The position numbers and the translations under genes are program-made. DNA of 64,000 bases, taken from Candidatus Bathyarchaeota archaeon (lineage in GTDB: Archaea > Thermoproteota > Bathyarchaeia > TCS64). Each line of letters starts with the position of its first letter. Positions within the stretch are counted from its first letter, which is position 1. The notes under the pieces were generated by a model that worked only from the letters and a program-made list of their open reading frames with translations, was not told the origin of the DNA and made no database searches. Of this stretch, positions 1-11,276 are shown one piece after another. The stretch is from positions 96,001 through 160,000 of the forward strand of contig CAVYVF010000023.1 in NCBI GenBank assembly GCA_963771885.1. Direction: 5' to 3'.

Positions 1-2
1 AG

Positions 3-1193
3 AGGACCTTCTACCACGTCGGGCCGTGGAGCAAGAAGCCCGACGGCACACCTGTAACGCCATACGACCTCGCCACCTACACAATACCCGAGTTCATGGG
101 AGTTAGGCTCCAGGAGGTCGAGAAGCCCTTCGAAGGCGCATTCGAGGCAGTACCTAGTCTCAGGTTCCCACGCGGCGACGTCGTGGCGACCGCCCCGAAT
201 GGGTGGCTCCTCGACACCGCGGTCAACGACGGTTACGCCGCCGTGAACAGGCTCCTGAAGAGGGGCGTCGAGGTCAGGCGGCTGACCGAGCCCGTCACCG
301 TCGGTGGCAAGAAGTACCCCGCGGGCTCTTGGCACGTAGTCGGCGCAGACGCGAAAAATGAATTGGAGAAACTATCACGGCTATTCCACCTCGTCTTCGA
401 CGCGGCCCCCGGAGGCACCATAAATGAGAGGCCGACGAGGCAACTCAAGATAGGCATCTACCAGCGCTACTACGGCGGGAACACCGACGAGGGGTGGACC
501 CGGTGGCTTCTCGAGCAGTACAGGTTCCCTTTCAAGACCATATTCGACAAGGACGTAAAGAGGGGCAAACTCGCTGACAAGTACGATGTTCTCATCTTCC
601 CCGCGGACGCTAAGGCGATGATCACAGGCGAGGGCATCGACGAGTACTATGAGAAGAGGTGGCAGGGCATAATGACGGCGCCGAAGCATCCGCCAGAGTA
701 CCGGAGCGGCATAGGCAAGGAGGGCGTCGGGAAGCTCAGGGAGTTCGCCGAGGCCGGCGGCACCGTTCTATGCTTAGGGGAGTCAAGCGACTTCGCCATA
801 GAGGAGCTAAAGGTCCCTGTCAAGAACGTCCTAGCAGACGTCAAGCCGACTGAGTTCATATGCCCCGGCTCTACGCTTCGTGTAAACGTCGACGTCTCGA
901 ATTCGCTGGCCTGGGGTGTGCAGGAGGACCTGCTCATCATCTTCCGTAGCCACGGCGCCTTCGAGGTGAGGCCAGGCATCCACAACGACGAATGCGGCGT
1001 CGTCCTCACCTACCCCGACAGCCGGATCATGGAGAGCGGCTGGCTCCAAGGGGAGGAGAGGCTAGCGCGCAAGGCAGCGATGGTCGAGGCAAAAGTTGGC
1101 AAGGGGCGCGTAATTCTCTACGGCTTCGCCCCCCAGTACCGGGCCCAGAGCGACGCGGCGTTCAAGCTGTTTTTCAACGCCCTCGTCGGCTAG
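3..1193 (+). CDS. C-terminal part of a large M14-family (Zn carboxypeptidase-like) peptidase; 5' end lies outside the window
   Basis: Frame open from base 3 (…PYDLATYTIPEFMGV); DEGWTRW, YDVLIFP and GKGRVILYGFAPQYRAQ are typical of the C-terminal GATase-like region of these peptidases. Confidence 0.7.
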   Translation, partial: RTFYHVGPWSKKPDGTPVTPYDLATYTIPEFMGVRLQEVEKPFEGAFEAVPSLRFPRGDVVATAPNGWLLDTAVNDGYAAVNRLLKRGVEVRRLTEPVTVGGKKYPAGSWHVVGADAKNELEKLSRLFHLVFDAAPGGTINERPTRQLKIGIYQRYYGGNTDEGWTRWLLEQYRFPFKTIFDKDVKRGKLADKYDVLIFPADAKAMITGEGIDEYYEKRWQGIMTAPKHPPEYRSGIGKEGVGKLREFAEAGGTVLCLGESSDFAIEELKVPVKNVLADVKPTEFICPGSTLRVNVDVSNSLAWGVQEDLLIIFRSHGAFEVRPGIHNDECGVVLTYPDSRIMESGWLQGEERLARKAAMVEAKVGKGRVILYGFAPQYRAQSDAAFKLFFNALVG

Positions 1194-1297
1194 CTCCTAT
1201 ATACCATCCCTACATTTTCTCCAATCATCATTACAGAACCTTACATCGAAGACGTTTTATACACAAACCCGCTCTGCTTCAAGGATAAGTGGTGGAT

Positions 1298-2470
1298 ATG
1301 GACGTTAACAAATTCGCGAAGAAGGAGCTGCTAGGCAATGGCAGCTGGTTCCTCGACACGTGTGAACGTGGCCCCGGACCCCAAGCTCATCAACCTAGGC
1401 GCTGGTGACCCCGACTTCAACCAGCCCAACATCATCAACAAGGCCGTATACCAGGCCATGAAGGAGGGTCACACCCACTACGAGTTCACGGGCGTACCCG
1501 AGTTCAAGAGCGCCATAGCCAAATACTACGGCAAGTACGGTGTGAAGATCGACCCTAACACCCAACTCTGCATCGAGAGTCTGGTGGCAGTCAGGCGATC
1601 TTCCGCGCCTTCGGAGCCATCCTCAACCCAGGCGACGAGATCATACTCCTCGACCCCGCCTACCAGGGCTACTTCGCCCCCGTCTCCTACTACGGCGCGA
1701 AGATGGTCCGCGCACCCATGAAGAAGGACAAGAAGGGTCTCTGGAGGCCGGACGTCAACGCCATCGCCAAGGTGTGTACGCCTAGGACGAAGGCGGTCAT
1801 GATCTGCAGCCCAGACAACCCCACCGGCGCGGTCTACACTGAGAAGGAGCTCAAGGCGCTCGCCGATGTCTGCGTCGAGAAGGACATCCTCTGTATCAGC
1901 GACGAGATCTACACCGAGTTCATCTGGGGCAGGAAGCCCTTCATCCCGACGATGAAGATCAAGGGCATGGAGGACAGGACCCTCGCCCTCATGAGCTTCA
2001 GCAAGACCTTCGCGTGGACAGGCTGCCGCGCAGGTTACATCATCTCCAGCCCCGAGCTCATGAAGCTCGTGCAGGCGGTCCCGATCGGTATCATCGGTAT
2101 GCCGGTGCCCTTCCAGTACGCGGGCGCAGTCGCCCTCGAGAAGGGATGGGGCTTCGTCAAGAAGATGCGGAAGGAGTACAAGAAGAGGATCGACTTCAGC
2201 GTCAAGAGGCTGAACGAGATCAAGGGTATCAACTGCCCCAAGCCCGAGGGCGCCTTCTACCTCTTCCCAGACATCAGCGCGGTCGGCATGCCCAGCGCCA
2301 AGTTCGCCCAGGAGCTCCTCCTGCAGGAGAAGGTCCGCGGCGCACCAGGCACAGGCTATGGCCAGGCAGCAGAGGGCCACATCAGGTTCGCCCTCGTCGC
2401 CGACATGGAGCACCTCGAAGACGCCTGGAACAGGGTCGAGCGCTTCGTCAAGAAGAACGGGAAGAAGTAA
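1298..2470 (+). CDS. Class I/II PLP-dependent aminotransferase (AspC-like); two apparent indels near 1333 and 1580
   Basis: NLGAGDPDF, SPDNPTG, SDEIY, SFSKTFAWTGCRAG (PLP Lys), PEGAFY; pieces join across ORFs 1338 and 1703. Confidence 0.85.
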
Positions 2471-2512
2471 ACTTCCCGCCCCATATTTATTATTCTAACA
2501 GAATATCAGGGG

Positions 2513-3961
2513 CTAGTCTTTGCCTCTGTTTTTCTCGGCGTACTGCTCTGCCATATCCAGCGGCGGCTGGATCTCGTCAGGGATAGGTGAGACGTATTTC
2601 CTCCCGGCGAGGCGCTTGGCGTGCTCCTCCTTCGCCTTCTTCACCAGCCCGGGCTTTGTGAGAAAGTCGAGGACGGTGCCGGCTGTTACCTTGCTGCTGA
2701 AGATGAGGCTCTTGTGGCCGAGGCCCATGGCTCCGCATGCGACCCACTGCCAGCTGTGAGCGGGGCTGCCTAGGGGGTATGTAGAGGTGTTGTACTCGAC
2801 AGCGGGGACGATCCAGCTGACATCGCCTACGTCCGTTGAGCCGGCGCTGCAGTAATCCTCGCCGTAGGGGTCGAGGACGTCGTCCGCCATGTCCATGTCG
2901 GCGTAGCGCTCCCACGTGGGCACCTTCTGCCTCTTCATGTCGTCGATCTTGACTTGCCTGTCGAGGCCTGCGTTGATCTTCTTGGCGTAGGCAAGCTCCT
3001 CTTTCGTGTATTTGGGGGCACCGATCTCCTTCATGTTGCCCACAATGACCTCTGCTATCGCCCTGTTTGGGATGAGGTTGTAAAGACCCATTATGAACTC
3101 GACCTTGAGCGTCGTCTCCGTCATCAGCGCGGCGCCTTCGGCGATCTTGATTATCCTCTTGTAGATGCCATCCAGCTGGTCGCGTTGCGGGGCGCGTATG
3201 TAGTACCAGCTGCGTGCGTAGTCGGGGACGACATTCGGTTGTCCACCACCCACCTCGATGACGTAGTGGAACCTTGCCTCCTGGATGACGTGCTCGCGAA
3301 GGTAGTTGACACCGACGTTCATGAGCTCGATCGCGTCTAAGGCGCTCCTGCCCTGCTCTGGGCTGCCAGCGGCGTGGCTCGTCTTACCGTAATAGTGGAA
3401 CTTGACGCCGTTGACGGCGGTGCTGCTGCCTACCGTCGCGGAGTTTATCGAGTCGGGGTGGTGACTGATTATAGCGTCGACTCCGTCGAAGAGGCCGGCA
3501 CGGACCATGTAGACCTTGCCGACGAAGTTCTCCTCGGCGGGGGTCCCGAAGAACTTGACTGTGCCCTTGATGCCCTTCTTCTCCATCTCGTAGCGTGCGG
3601 CGATTGCGCCGGCGACGCCGCTTGTGCCGTGTATGTGGTGGCCGCAGCCGTGTCCTGGCGCGCCTTCCTTCAGCGGAGTCTTTACAGGCTCAATCTTGTT
3701 GCTGATGCCTGGGAGGGCGTCGAACTCACCCATGATGCCTATGACTGGCTTGCCACTCCCCCACGTCGCGATGAAGGCGGTGGGCATACCCGCGACGCCC
3801 GCCTCCACCTTGAATCCGTGCTTCTTCAACTCATCCTGGAGTAGCTTCGAGCTCTTCGTCTCAGTTAGACCCAGCTCGGCGTAGCCCCAGATTGTGTCAG
3901 CGACCTCTATGATCCTCTTCTGGTTCTGGTCGATCCAGCCCCAGGCAGTCTCCTTGGCCAT
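2513..3961 (-). CDS. M20 amidohydrolase, AbgB-like (p-aminobenzoyl-glutamate hydrolase subunit B family), paralog 1
   Basis: GEFDALPG, GHGCGHH, GTPAEE, SHAAGSPEQGRSALDA, GSTDVGDVSW, AHSWQ. Confidence 0.9.
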   Translation of the reverse strand: MAKETAWGWIDQNQKRIIEVADTIWGYAELGLTETKSSKLLQDELKKHGFKVEAGVAGMPTAFIATWGSGKPVIGIMGEFDALPGISNKIEPVKTPLKEGAPGHGCGHHIHGTSGVAGAIAARYEMEKKGIKGTVKFFGTPAEENFVGKVYMVRAGLFDGVDAIISHHPDSINSATVGSSTAVNGVKFHYYGKTSHAAGSPEQGRSALDAIELMNVGVNYLREHVIQEARFHYVIEVGGGQPNVVPDYARSWYYIRAPQRDQLDGIYKRIIKIAEGAALMTETTLKVEFIMGLYNLIPNRAIAEVIVGNMKEIGAPKYTKEELAYAKKINAGLDRQVKIDDMKRQKVPTWERYADMDMADDVLDPYGEDYCSAGSTDVGDVSWIVPAVEYNTSTYPLGSPAHSWQWVACGAMGLGHKSLIFSSKVTAGTVLDFLTKPGLVKKAKEEHAKRLAGRKYVSPIPDEIQPPLDMAEQYAEKNRGKD

Positions 3962-4002
3962 GGGTGAAGAAAGGGTAGCTTGGCGTGTATAAGCTCAGCT
4001 AG

Positions 4003-5202
4003 TCAGCGGAGTGCCCTCTTGTGCTTGTCCACGATTCTCTTCAGCTCGTTGTAGTCGGCCTTTAGGAAGTCGTCCTGGTCGAGGCCCGCGAGGTCAGGCG
4101 GCACCGCCACCTTCTTCTGTGCCTCCCTGAGCATCACCCTGAGCCTAGCAGCGTCGTGGAGGACGCGTCTGCGTTCCACGTTCGCCGGCGGGTCCTGGAC
4201 GAGTTCGCTGATCAGGTGGGCCTCCCACCGGGTCCCGAGGGGCTTCACATATGAGATATCCTTCCCTATGCCACCGAAGCCGGGGTCATGTGGCTCGACC
4301 TGGTACCAGTAAGCCGTGCTCGAGTAGTCCTCCTGCAGCATGTTGCTGCTGCCGTGCTCAATGGTGACCTTGATCTCCTTCTCGAAGGGCACTGGGTCAG
4401 GGAGGTGGAGTCGGTAGGCGGTGAATCGGCACTGTAGGAGGTCCTGGTAGCTCAGACCGTGGTAAGGCGCGGAGAAGGGGCCGTTGATCCAGTACCAGCC
4501 TCCCTGGAAGTAGTCTTCCGTCCCCGTCCCCTTGATGCTCGCCTCCTTCTCTCCGTCGACCCAGATTACCTCGTCCCCCTCGAGGAAGAGCCTGCTGCCC
4601 TTGTCGTATGACTGCATGTTCATGGCGACGCCGCAGTAGTGGCCCGCTCCCTTCGCCTCGAGGATAGTGTAGTTCTTGTCGATGGTCGTTGGGTTCTCGC
4701 GCCTCCATTTGGCGTGGAACCGAGGCGTCTCGGGGCCGTGGTCTACGTCGCTGTACTCTATGTTGAAGTAGAGGTCGCTGATCGGGGTGTCGCCGATATT
4801 CTCCGCCTCGAAGACAGCTCCCTTGCTGAAGGGCATGGGCCAGTAGTTCCAGAAGCCGCCGCTCGTGACGCCCTGTATCGCGGAGATGTGCTGTATGTGT
4901 TCGGCGAACCCCATGCCGAAGAAGTCACCGAAGGGGGCCTCGACGCTCGGGTTCTCCTCACCGTCCCAGTAGAAGCGGAGAATCAGGTTGCGGTACGCGT
5001 CCGGGTCGTCGCTCAGTATCGTGAACCACATCCTCTGGACGCATCCTGGCCCCGCTATCTTGCCCATCCTGACGCCCTCGTGTGGCGCCGCCTTCAGGTA
5101 GTCGAGGTTGCCGCCCCCCGGGTCGTTGCTGGATAACTGCTTTAGCTTCCATTTCTTACGACGGGGGAGATCCATGAAAAGACGCGTCAAGTCGTGTGAC
5201 AT
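4003..5202 (-). CDS. DUF2961 / GH172-family glycoside hydrolase-like protein
   Basis: LRFYWDGEENPSVEAPFGDFFG, NYWPMPF, FLEGDE, GTGTEDYF, YSSTAYWYQ. Confidence 0.85.
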   Translation of the reverse strand: MSHDLTRLFMDLPRRKKWKLKQLSSNDPGGGNLDYLKAAPHEGVRMGKIAGPGCVQRMWFTILSDDPDAYRNLILRFYWDGEENPSVEAPFGDFFGMGFAEHIQHISAIQGVTSGGFWNYWPMPFSKGAVFEAENIGDTPISDLYFNIEYSDVDHGPETPRFHAKWRRENPTTIDKNYTILEAKGAGHYCGVAMNMQSYDKGSRLFLEGDEVIWVDGEKEASIKGTGTEDYFQGGWYWINGPFSAPYHGLSYQDLLQCRFTAYRLHLPDPVPFEKEIKVTIEHGSSNMLQEDYSSTAYWYQVEPHDPGFGGIGKDISYVKPLGTRWEAHLISELVQDPPANVERRRVLHDAARLRVMLREAQKKVAVPPDLAGLDQDDFLKADYNELKRIVDKHKRALR

Positions 5203-5260
5203 GCTGAAGGAAGCCCTCGGTGGGGATTTATCGTTTTATAGAATGAGGAGTCGAGTGTTT

Positions 5261-6082
5261 TCAGAGGTATGTCTCCGGTTCCTTTCTCTCAAGGAAAGTG
5301 TCGTGAAGCCACCTTGCCTCCCTGGAGAAGAAGGGGTGAATCATCAGCCTCGCGCCCGTTGGACAACACTTGATGCAAGCGTAGCACCTCATGCAGGCTT
5401 GCTTGTTTGTTTCAACGGCGGTTCCGATTGTTATGGCTTCGTTTGGGCAGACCTCGAAGCACTTGCCGCACTTTGTGCATAGTTCATCCTTGGTTATTGG
5501 GGCAGCTGGCTCAGTGCCTGGTTTGGGCGCGCGTGATTTCCGGAACTCGTCCCTATATGGTCGGACACCTGGAACAGTGACAGGCGTAACATCGTCTATG
5601 CTCTTAGATGTTAGCAACTTATCCCTTATTTGAGTGCCGAATTCGCGGGCCTTCCTTAGATCGGAGACATCGGGACGTCCTGCGGCTATTGGTATCTCGG
5701 GTGTGCTGAAGGAGTGCTGGGCGACAAAGGCGGCGCCGGCGATTGGTTTGAATCCAAGCTCTGAGGCGAGGTCGGTCAGCTCGATGAGGGAGTCCTCGTA
5801 TGCCCTGTTGCCGTAGACGACGAGCATGACCGCGGGGGTATTATGCGCCTTGAATCTGCGCAGTCTCGTGAGCGCCTCTACGGGTATGCGCCCGGCGTAG
5901 ACGGGGGAGCCGATAATGGCTAGATCCCTGCCGAACTCCTCGAATTCTCTTGTCTTCGCCTTGGGGCGCGTCAGATCCATGTGCTCTACTGGTACCTCGA
6001 CCCCTTTTGCGATCTCCTCCATGATCCTCCTCGTCGAATCGGTTGGCGAGAAGAAGACGAGCTTAACCCGGTTAATCCTCAT
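5261..6082 (-). CDS. Flavodoxin-like plus 2x[4Fe-4S] protein (EFR1-type ferredoxin)
   Basis: FSPTDST flavodoxin loop, PVYAGRIP, YGNRAYED; CTKCGKCFEVCP and CMRCYACIKCCP. Confidence 0.85.
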   Translation of the reverse strand: MRINRVKLVFFSPTDSTRRIMEEIAKGVEVPVEHMDLTRPKAKTREFEEFGRDLAIIGSPVYAGRIPVEALTRLRRFKAHNTPAVMLVVYGNRAYEDSLIELTDLASELGFKPIAGAAFVAQHSFSTPEIPIAAGRPDVSDLRKAREFGTQIRDKLLTSKSIDDVTPVTVPGVRPYRDEFRKSRAPKPGTEPAAPITKDELCTKCGKCFEVCPNEAITIGTAVETNKQACMRCYACIKCCPTGARLMIHPFFSREARWLHDTFLERKEPETYL

Positions 6083-6097
6083 TTCAGGTACCTCATG

Positions 6098-7057
6098 CTA
6101 GTTGAATGCGCTGACGACTGACAGAGTCTCCCCCTTCTGGACAGAGTAGAAGCATCGAGTCATGGCGACGATGCCGGCCTCGGGTGCTCTCGCGACCTGA
6201 ACGATATCGCCGAAGACGTCGGTCACCCTCCCTAGCTCGGCTCCCTTCTTTACCTCGGCGTCCAACTCGACCGAGGGGTGCCACGCCCCGCTCTGTGTCG
6301 CGAGTATCTTGAGTCGCTTCCTGCTCACCCTTGGTGTGTGCCGCTTGGGCTCGCCGCCGAGGATACGCATATGGCGGAGCACGTTCATCACCCCCTCGTA
6401 GTGGAAGCGGACCGCGTCTTCCCTGACCGGGAATGGGGTGCCCGCCTCGGGCATGATGCAGGGTACCCCGTAGATGCTCTGCGCGCTCAGGCTCGCTCCC
6501 CCCGAGGCTGGGAAGATGTGGGTGAGGTCACTTGGGAAGCAGGTAGCGAGTGCGAGTGCCTCCGCGTTGATGGTGGCGACCTTCCCCTCAGCGGCTACGA
6601 CGAAGCCCCTTATGTCCTCGTCGATGTCCCCGCCGTGGCAGTCAACTAACGCGTCACACTTGGAGGCGATGTTCTCGAATGCTGCATGTGCGATTCTCTG
6701 CGTTAGGCTACCCGAAGCATCGCCGGGGAAGACGCCGTTCAGGTTCAGCTTGTCCACTGGGCTCGTGAACTGCGTCCTCTTCTCGAACTGCGCCCTGTTG
6801 AGAACGGGGACGGCGAGGACTGTCCCCCTCATCACCGCTGGGTCGAGTGCACGGACCACACGAGTCACTGCCTCGATGCTCGCGAACTCGGTGCCATGCG
6901 TCCCGCCGAAGAGCCCCAGGGTCTTCCCGGGGAGGGTACCGTTGATGACGGCGACGGGTATACTGTACCTCTCATCCCCAACGTCAATGAACCCTGTCGA
7001 CTTCTCACCGGGCGCCGCCGAGACACCGCCCACGGATACTCGCGCTGCTTGAGCCAT
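6098..7057 (-). CDS. Succinylglutamate desuccinylase / aspartoacylase family protein
   Basis: GGTHGTE, LNLNGVFPG, VDCHGG, PEAG, C-terminal barrel-sandwich region. Confidence 0.85.
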   Translation of the reverse strand: MAQAARVSVGGVSAAPGEKSTGFIDVGDERYSIPVAVINGTLPGKTLGLFGGTHGTEFASIEAVTRVVRALDPAVMRGTVLAVPVLNRAQFEKRTQFTSPVDKLNLNGVFPGDASGSLTQRIAHAAFENIASKCDALVDCHGGDIDEDIRGFVVAAEGKVATINAEALALATCFPSDLTHIFPASGGASLSAQSIYGVPCIMPEAGTPFPVREDAVRFHYEGVMNVLRHMRILGGEPKRHTPRVSRKRLKILATQSGAWHPSVELDAEVKKGAELGRVTDVFGDIVQVARAPEAGIVAMTRCFYSVQKGETLSVVSAFN

Positions 7058-7150
7058 TGGAGTGAGGAGAGGGCGACGGCTAATAAAACGATGGCATCAT
7101 TGACCCCTAGTTTCAAATACCGAACAGGCGAAGACCAAGCCGTCCGATCC

Positions 7151-8744
7151 ATGTACGATCTCGTAATCAAGAACGGGAGGGTTATCGACGGCACAGGCTC
7201 ACCTTGGTTCAAGGCCGACGTAGGCGTCGAGATGGGCGTCATTGCCGAGGTGGGGAGAGGCCTCAAGGGCCTCGACACCGTCGACGCCTCCGGCCTCGTC
7301 GTCTCACCGGGCTGGATAGACGTCCACATGCATGCCGATCACACCATACTCGGGAACACGCGCCTCGAGAGCTACATCCATCAGGGGATAACCACCGCCA
7401 CTATGGGCAACTGCGGCCTCAGCATGTATCCCCTACACAAGCACAGGGACGAACTCATAGCCTACCTGAAGCCATTCACCTCGGGTCTCCGCCTCGGCTG
7501 GGACTGGGACTCCATGGACGACTTCATCAAACGCGTCGAGGCGATCGGACCCGGCATTAACCTTACACCGTTCATCGGGCACGGCAGCATAAGGATCAAC
7601 GTGATGGGCTTCGACGACAGGGCCCCCACTGATGAGGAACTCGGCGAGATGAAGGGCTTCCTCACGCGAGGCGCTTGAGCAGGGAGCCTATGGGATGTCC
7701 ACGGGGCTCGGCTACCCACCCGGGACATTCACAAAGGAGGACGAACTCGTCGAACTCGGCGCCGTCCTCAACAAGTATGGGGGTCTCTACTCCACGCACA
7801 TGCGCGGCGGCGTCGAGAACCTAGCTGATACAATCAGCCTCGGACACAAGGCTAAGTTTCCCATCCAGATAAGCCACCTAGGCAGCAGCTGCGCCTCGAA
7901 CCCGGAACTCAACAAGCGCCACGGCGAGACGACCCTCAGGGCAATAGACGAGGCACGCGATAAGGGCCTCGACATCACGGCCGACATCTACCCCTACACG
8001 GCGGGTGCGAGCCTGCTCAGCCAGGTCATCCCCGATTGGGCTCACGAGGGGGGCGTCGAGAAGATGCTAAGCAGGATCCGCGACCCTGAGAATCGGGAAA
8101 AGATCAGGGAGGAGTTTAATGGCGCTGCGGGTCGCAAGGGGAGGGACCTGAGCAAGGTCTACGTCACTTACGTCAAGTCTGCGGCGAACAAGCGCTTCGA
8201 GGGAACGAGCGTAGCTGAGATAGCTAAGGCGCGTGGGGCTGGAGGAGTCGATGCCCTCTGCGACCTTCTCATAGAGGAGAACGCCGAGGCTATGAACATC
8301 ACCTTCTGGGGTGAGCAGGAGGACGTCGACACACTCGTTAAACACCCCGCTGTGATGCCCTGCAGCGACGGCTGGGCGCATGCCCCCTACGGCGAACTCG
8401 GGCAGGGAAAGCCGCACCCCCGATGTTACGGCGCCTTCCCGAGGTACCTCCACACATACGTGGTTGAGAAGAAGTTCTTCACGCTGGAGGAGGCGATCAG
8501 GAGGATGACGAGCATGCCCGCGGCTCGACTCGGGCTGCAGGACCGCGGCGTCATCAAGAGGGGGATGGTGGCGGATCTCACCGTCTTCGACCCAGCGACG
8601 GTGAAGGATAAGGGCACGTTCAAAGACCCGCACTGTTACCCTGAGGGGATCCCGTACGTGATAGTGAACGGGCGAGTCGCCATCGAGAAGGGAGAGCACA
8701 CGGGCGTGCTCGCAGGGAAGATTCTCCGGAAAGGGCGACCCTAG
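7151..8744 (+). CDS. N-acyl-D-amino-acid deacylase (D-aminoacylase); apparent indel near 7666
   Basis: YDLVIKNGRVIDGTG, PGWIDVHMHAD, GNCG, GMSTGLGYPPG, YSTHMR, DIYPY, PHPRCYGAFPR. Confidence 0.9.
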
Positions 8745-10180
8745 CCCTGCTTTGCCGCCTGCTCCCGGGCTACGGCGAGTGGTGGGCCGATCTCATCAGG
8801 TATGGCGCACCTGTAGACTCTTCCTTGCATCTTCTTCGCGTGCTCCTCTTTCGCATTCGCAAGCAGCTCCGGCCTGGTGAGCAGGTCGAGAGCCGTTCCT
8901 GCCATCGTCTTCGAAGCGAAAATGAGGCTCTTATGGCCGATGCTCGTGCCGCTGCAGGTGACTGTCTGCCAGCTGTGCCCCGGGGCGCCGAGGACGAAGG
9001 CGGCCGTTCCAAACTCCATGGTCGGCATCTGCCAGCTCACGTCCGAGACGTCGGTTGAGCCTCCGCTGACCTCCCCCTCGTTCCAGGGGTCGAGGATGTC
9101 CGCCACGAGGTCAATATCGAGGTACTTTTCCCAGTTTGGCAACTTCGACTTTCGGAGGTTGTCAACCTTCTGCTCTTTTGGGAAGCTCTTGGCGATCTCG
9201 GCGGCGAAGGCGAGGTCATCCTTTGTGTATGTGGGGGCGCCGATCTCCCTCATGTTGGCGACGACTACGCCGCTGAGAACTTTGCTCGGTAGGTTGTTGT
9301 AGACGCCCGTGAGGAACTCGACCTTTAAGGTGGTCTCTGTCATCAGGGCGGCTCCCTCCGCGATCTTTAAGATACGGGTGTAGATGTGGTCGACCTGGTC
9401 CCTCTCCGGCGCCCGTATGTAGTACCAGCTGCGGGCGTAGTCTGGGACGACGTTAGGCTGCCCGCCCCCCGCCTCGATGATGTAGTGGATGCGCGCCTTG
9501 TCGATGACGTGCTCGCGGAGGAAGTTCACGCCAACGTTCATCAGCTCGACGGCGTCCAGGGCGCTTCTGCCCTGCTCGGGGCTTCCTGCGGCGTGGCTCG
9601 TCTTCCCGTAGTAGTGGAACTTGACCGAGTTGATTGCGGTACTGCTGCCGAGTCCCGCCGTGTTGTAGGAGCTTGGGTGGTGGCTCAGGCACGCGTCGAC
9701 GCCGTTGAAGAGTCCTGCGCGGACCATGAAGACCTTGCCGTCGTAGTTCTCCTCCGCTGGGCATCCGTACATCTTTATGATGCCCTTGATCTTCTTGTCC
9801 TCCATGGCATGCTTGACTGCGATCGCCGCGGAGACTGCGGTGACGCCGTGTATGTTGTGTCCGCAGCCATGCCCGGGAGCACCCTCCCTCAGAGAATCCT
9901 TATGGGGCACCTTCTTGTTGCTGAGGCCGGGCAGGGCATCGTATTCGCCCATGAGACCGATGATTGGCCCCTCTCCGCTGCCCCATGTTGCCACGAAGGC
10001 GGTAGGCATACCTGCGACGCCCCTCTCAACCTTGAAGCCATGACTCTCCAACTCGTCCGCTAACAGCTTGGCAGATTTATCCTCGCATAACCCCAGCTCC
10101 GCGTACTCCCAGACCTTGTCACTGAGGCCTATGATGTGCTCCGTATTCTCATTTATCCAACCCCACGCCTCGCTCTTCAT
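8741..10180 (-). CDS. M20 amidohydrolase, AbgB-like, paralog 2
   Basis: GEYDALPG, GHGCGHN, GCPAEE, GSTDVSDVSW; highly similar to 2513-3961. Confidence 0.9.
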   Translation of the reverse strand: MKSEAWGWINENTEHIIGLSDKVWEYAELGLCEDKSAKLLADELESHGFKVERGVAGMPTAFVATWGSGEGPIIGLMGEYDALPGLSNKKVPHKDSLREGAPGHGCGHNIHGVTAVSAAIAVKHAMEDKKIKGIIKMYGCPAEENYDGKVFMVRAGLFNGVDACLSHHPSSYNTAGLGSSTAINSVKFHYYGKTSHAAGSPEQGRSALDAVELMNVGVNFLREHVIDKARIHYIIEAGGGQPNVVPDYARSWYYIRAPERDQVDHIYTRILKIAEGAALMTETTLKVEFLTGVYNNLPSKVLSGVVVANMREIGAPTYTKDDLAFAAEIAKSFPKEQKVDNLRKSKLPNWEKYLDIDLVADILDPWNEGEVSGGSTDVSDVSWQMPTMEFGTAAFVLGAPGHSWQTVTCSGTSIGHKSLIFASKTMAGTALDLLTRPELLANAKEEHAKKMQGRVYRCAIPDEIGPPLAVAREQAAKQG

Positions 10181-10275
10181 CAGAAAACACCGCTACCAGA
10201 ACTCGGGTGATAGGCGGTAAAAGATTTGGCACACCAGGTGGGAGAGAAGAGTGAGCGATCAGTTTGCTATCGCGA

Positions 10276-11190
10276 TTATCCTCTAAAGGCTTTCTTCAGC
10301 TCCTCGATATCGATCTTCTTCATCTTGAGGAACGCATTTGTAACGCGCTCCACCTTCGTCTTGTCAGGGTCGAGCAGCATCTCGTCAAGTATCTTAGGCG
10401 CGACCTGCCACGAGACGCCGTACTTGTCCTTGAGCCAGCCACATACACTCTCCTGCCCGCCGTTGGTCGTGAGCTTGCCCCAGTAGTAGTCGATCTCCTT
10501 CTGGTTTTCGCACTCCACCAGGAGTGAGATGGCCTCGTTGAAGCCGAAGAGGTGGGGCTGGGCGCTGTCCATGGCGGCGAACTCCTGCCCCTCGAGGGTG
10601 AAGGAGGCGTGCTGGATCGTGCCCTCCCTGTCGGGCTCCATCCCCTTGCCGTAACGCATGATGTTGCCAACCTTTACGTTTCGGAAGACCTTGGTGTAGA
10701 GGTTGATCGCCTCCTCCGCCTTTCCGCTGACGTCGCCGACGTACATCAGCGTCGGGGTGATCTTCTGCGTTATCTGGCGATCCCCTGCGTACATGATTTG
10801 CCATGAGAGGCCGTACCTGTCCTGCGTCCACCCGTACCTCTCGCTGAAGGGGTATTCGCCGAGCTCCATGAGTGCAGTACCGCCGTCGGAGAGCTTTCCC
10901 CATAGTTTATCGACATCTGGCTTAGTCTTGCAGGCGACTAGGAAGGAGATGGCGGGCGTGAACTTGAACAGCGGACCGCCGTTTATCCCTATATATCTCA
11001 TCCCCTCGATCTCGAACACGACGTTCATGACTGCGCCTTCGGGGATGCCGTGGATCTCGAAACCCGCCTTAGTCGCGCGTGTTACGTTTCCGATCTTCGA
11101 GTCCTTGAAGGTTGAGATGTAGAACCTCACCGCCTCCTCGGCTTGCCGGTCAAACCACAAGCTCGGTATTATCTTCTGTTTGACGTTCAT
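10276..11190 (-). CDS. Two-domain VOC/PhnB-like (3-demethylubiquinone-9 3-methyltransferase family) protein
   Basis: Duplicated QKIxPxL…AEEA…Y and GWxxD(R/K)YGxSWQ motifs. Confidence 0.85.
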   Translation of the reverse strand: MNVKQKIIPSLWFDRQAEEAVRFYISTFKDSKIGNVTRATKAGFEIHGIPEGAVMNVVFEIEGMRYIGINGGPLFKFTPAISFLVACKTKPDVDKLWGKLSDGGTALMELGEYPFSERYGWTQDRYGLSWQIMYAGDRQITQKITPTLMYVGDVSGKAEEAINLYTKVFRNVKVGNIMRYGKGMEPDREGTIQHASFTLEGQEFAAMDSAQPHLFGFNEAISLLVECENQKEIDYYWGKLTTNGGQESVCGWLKDKYGVSWQVAPKILDEMLLDPDKTKVERVTNAFLKMKKIDIEELKKAFRG

Positions 11191-11276
11191 AATGCATCTA
11201 GTCGCTGTTTTGGAATCTTCATTATTAAATGTATAAAAGTGTGGATTAGAATCGTAAAATTGCTTAATCAGGAGGA

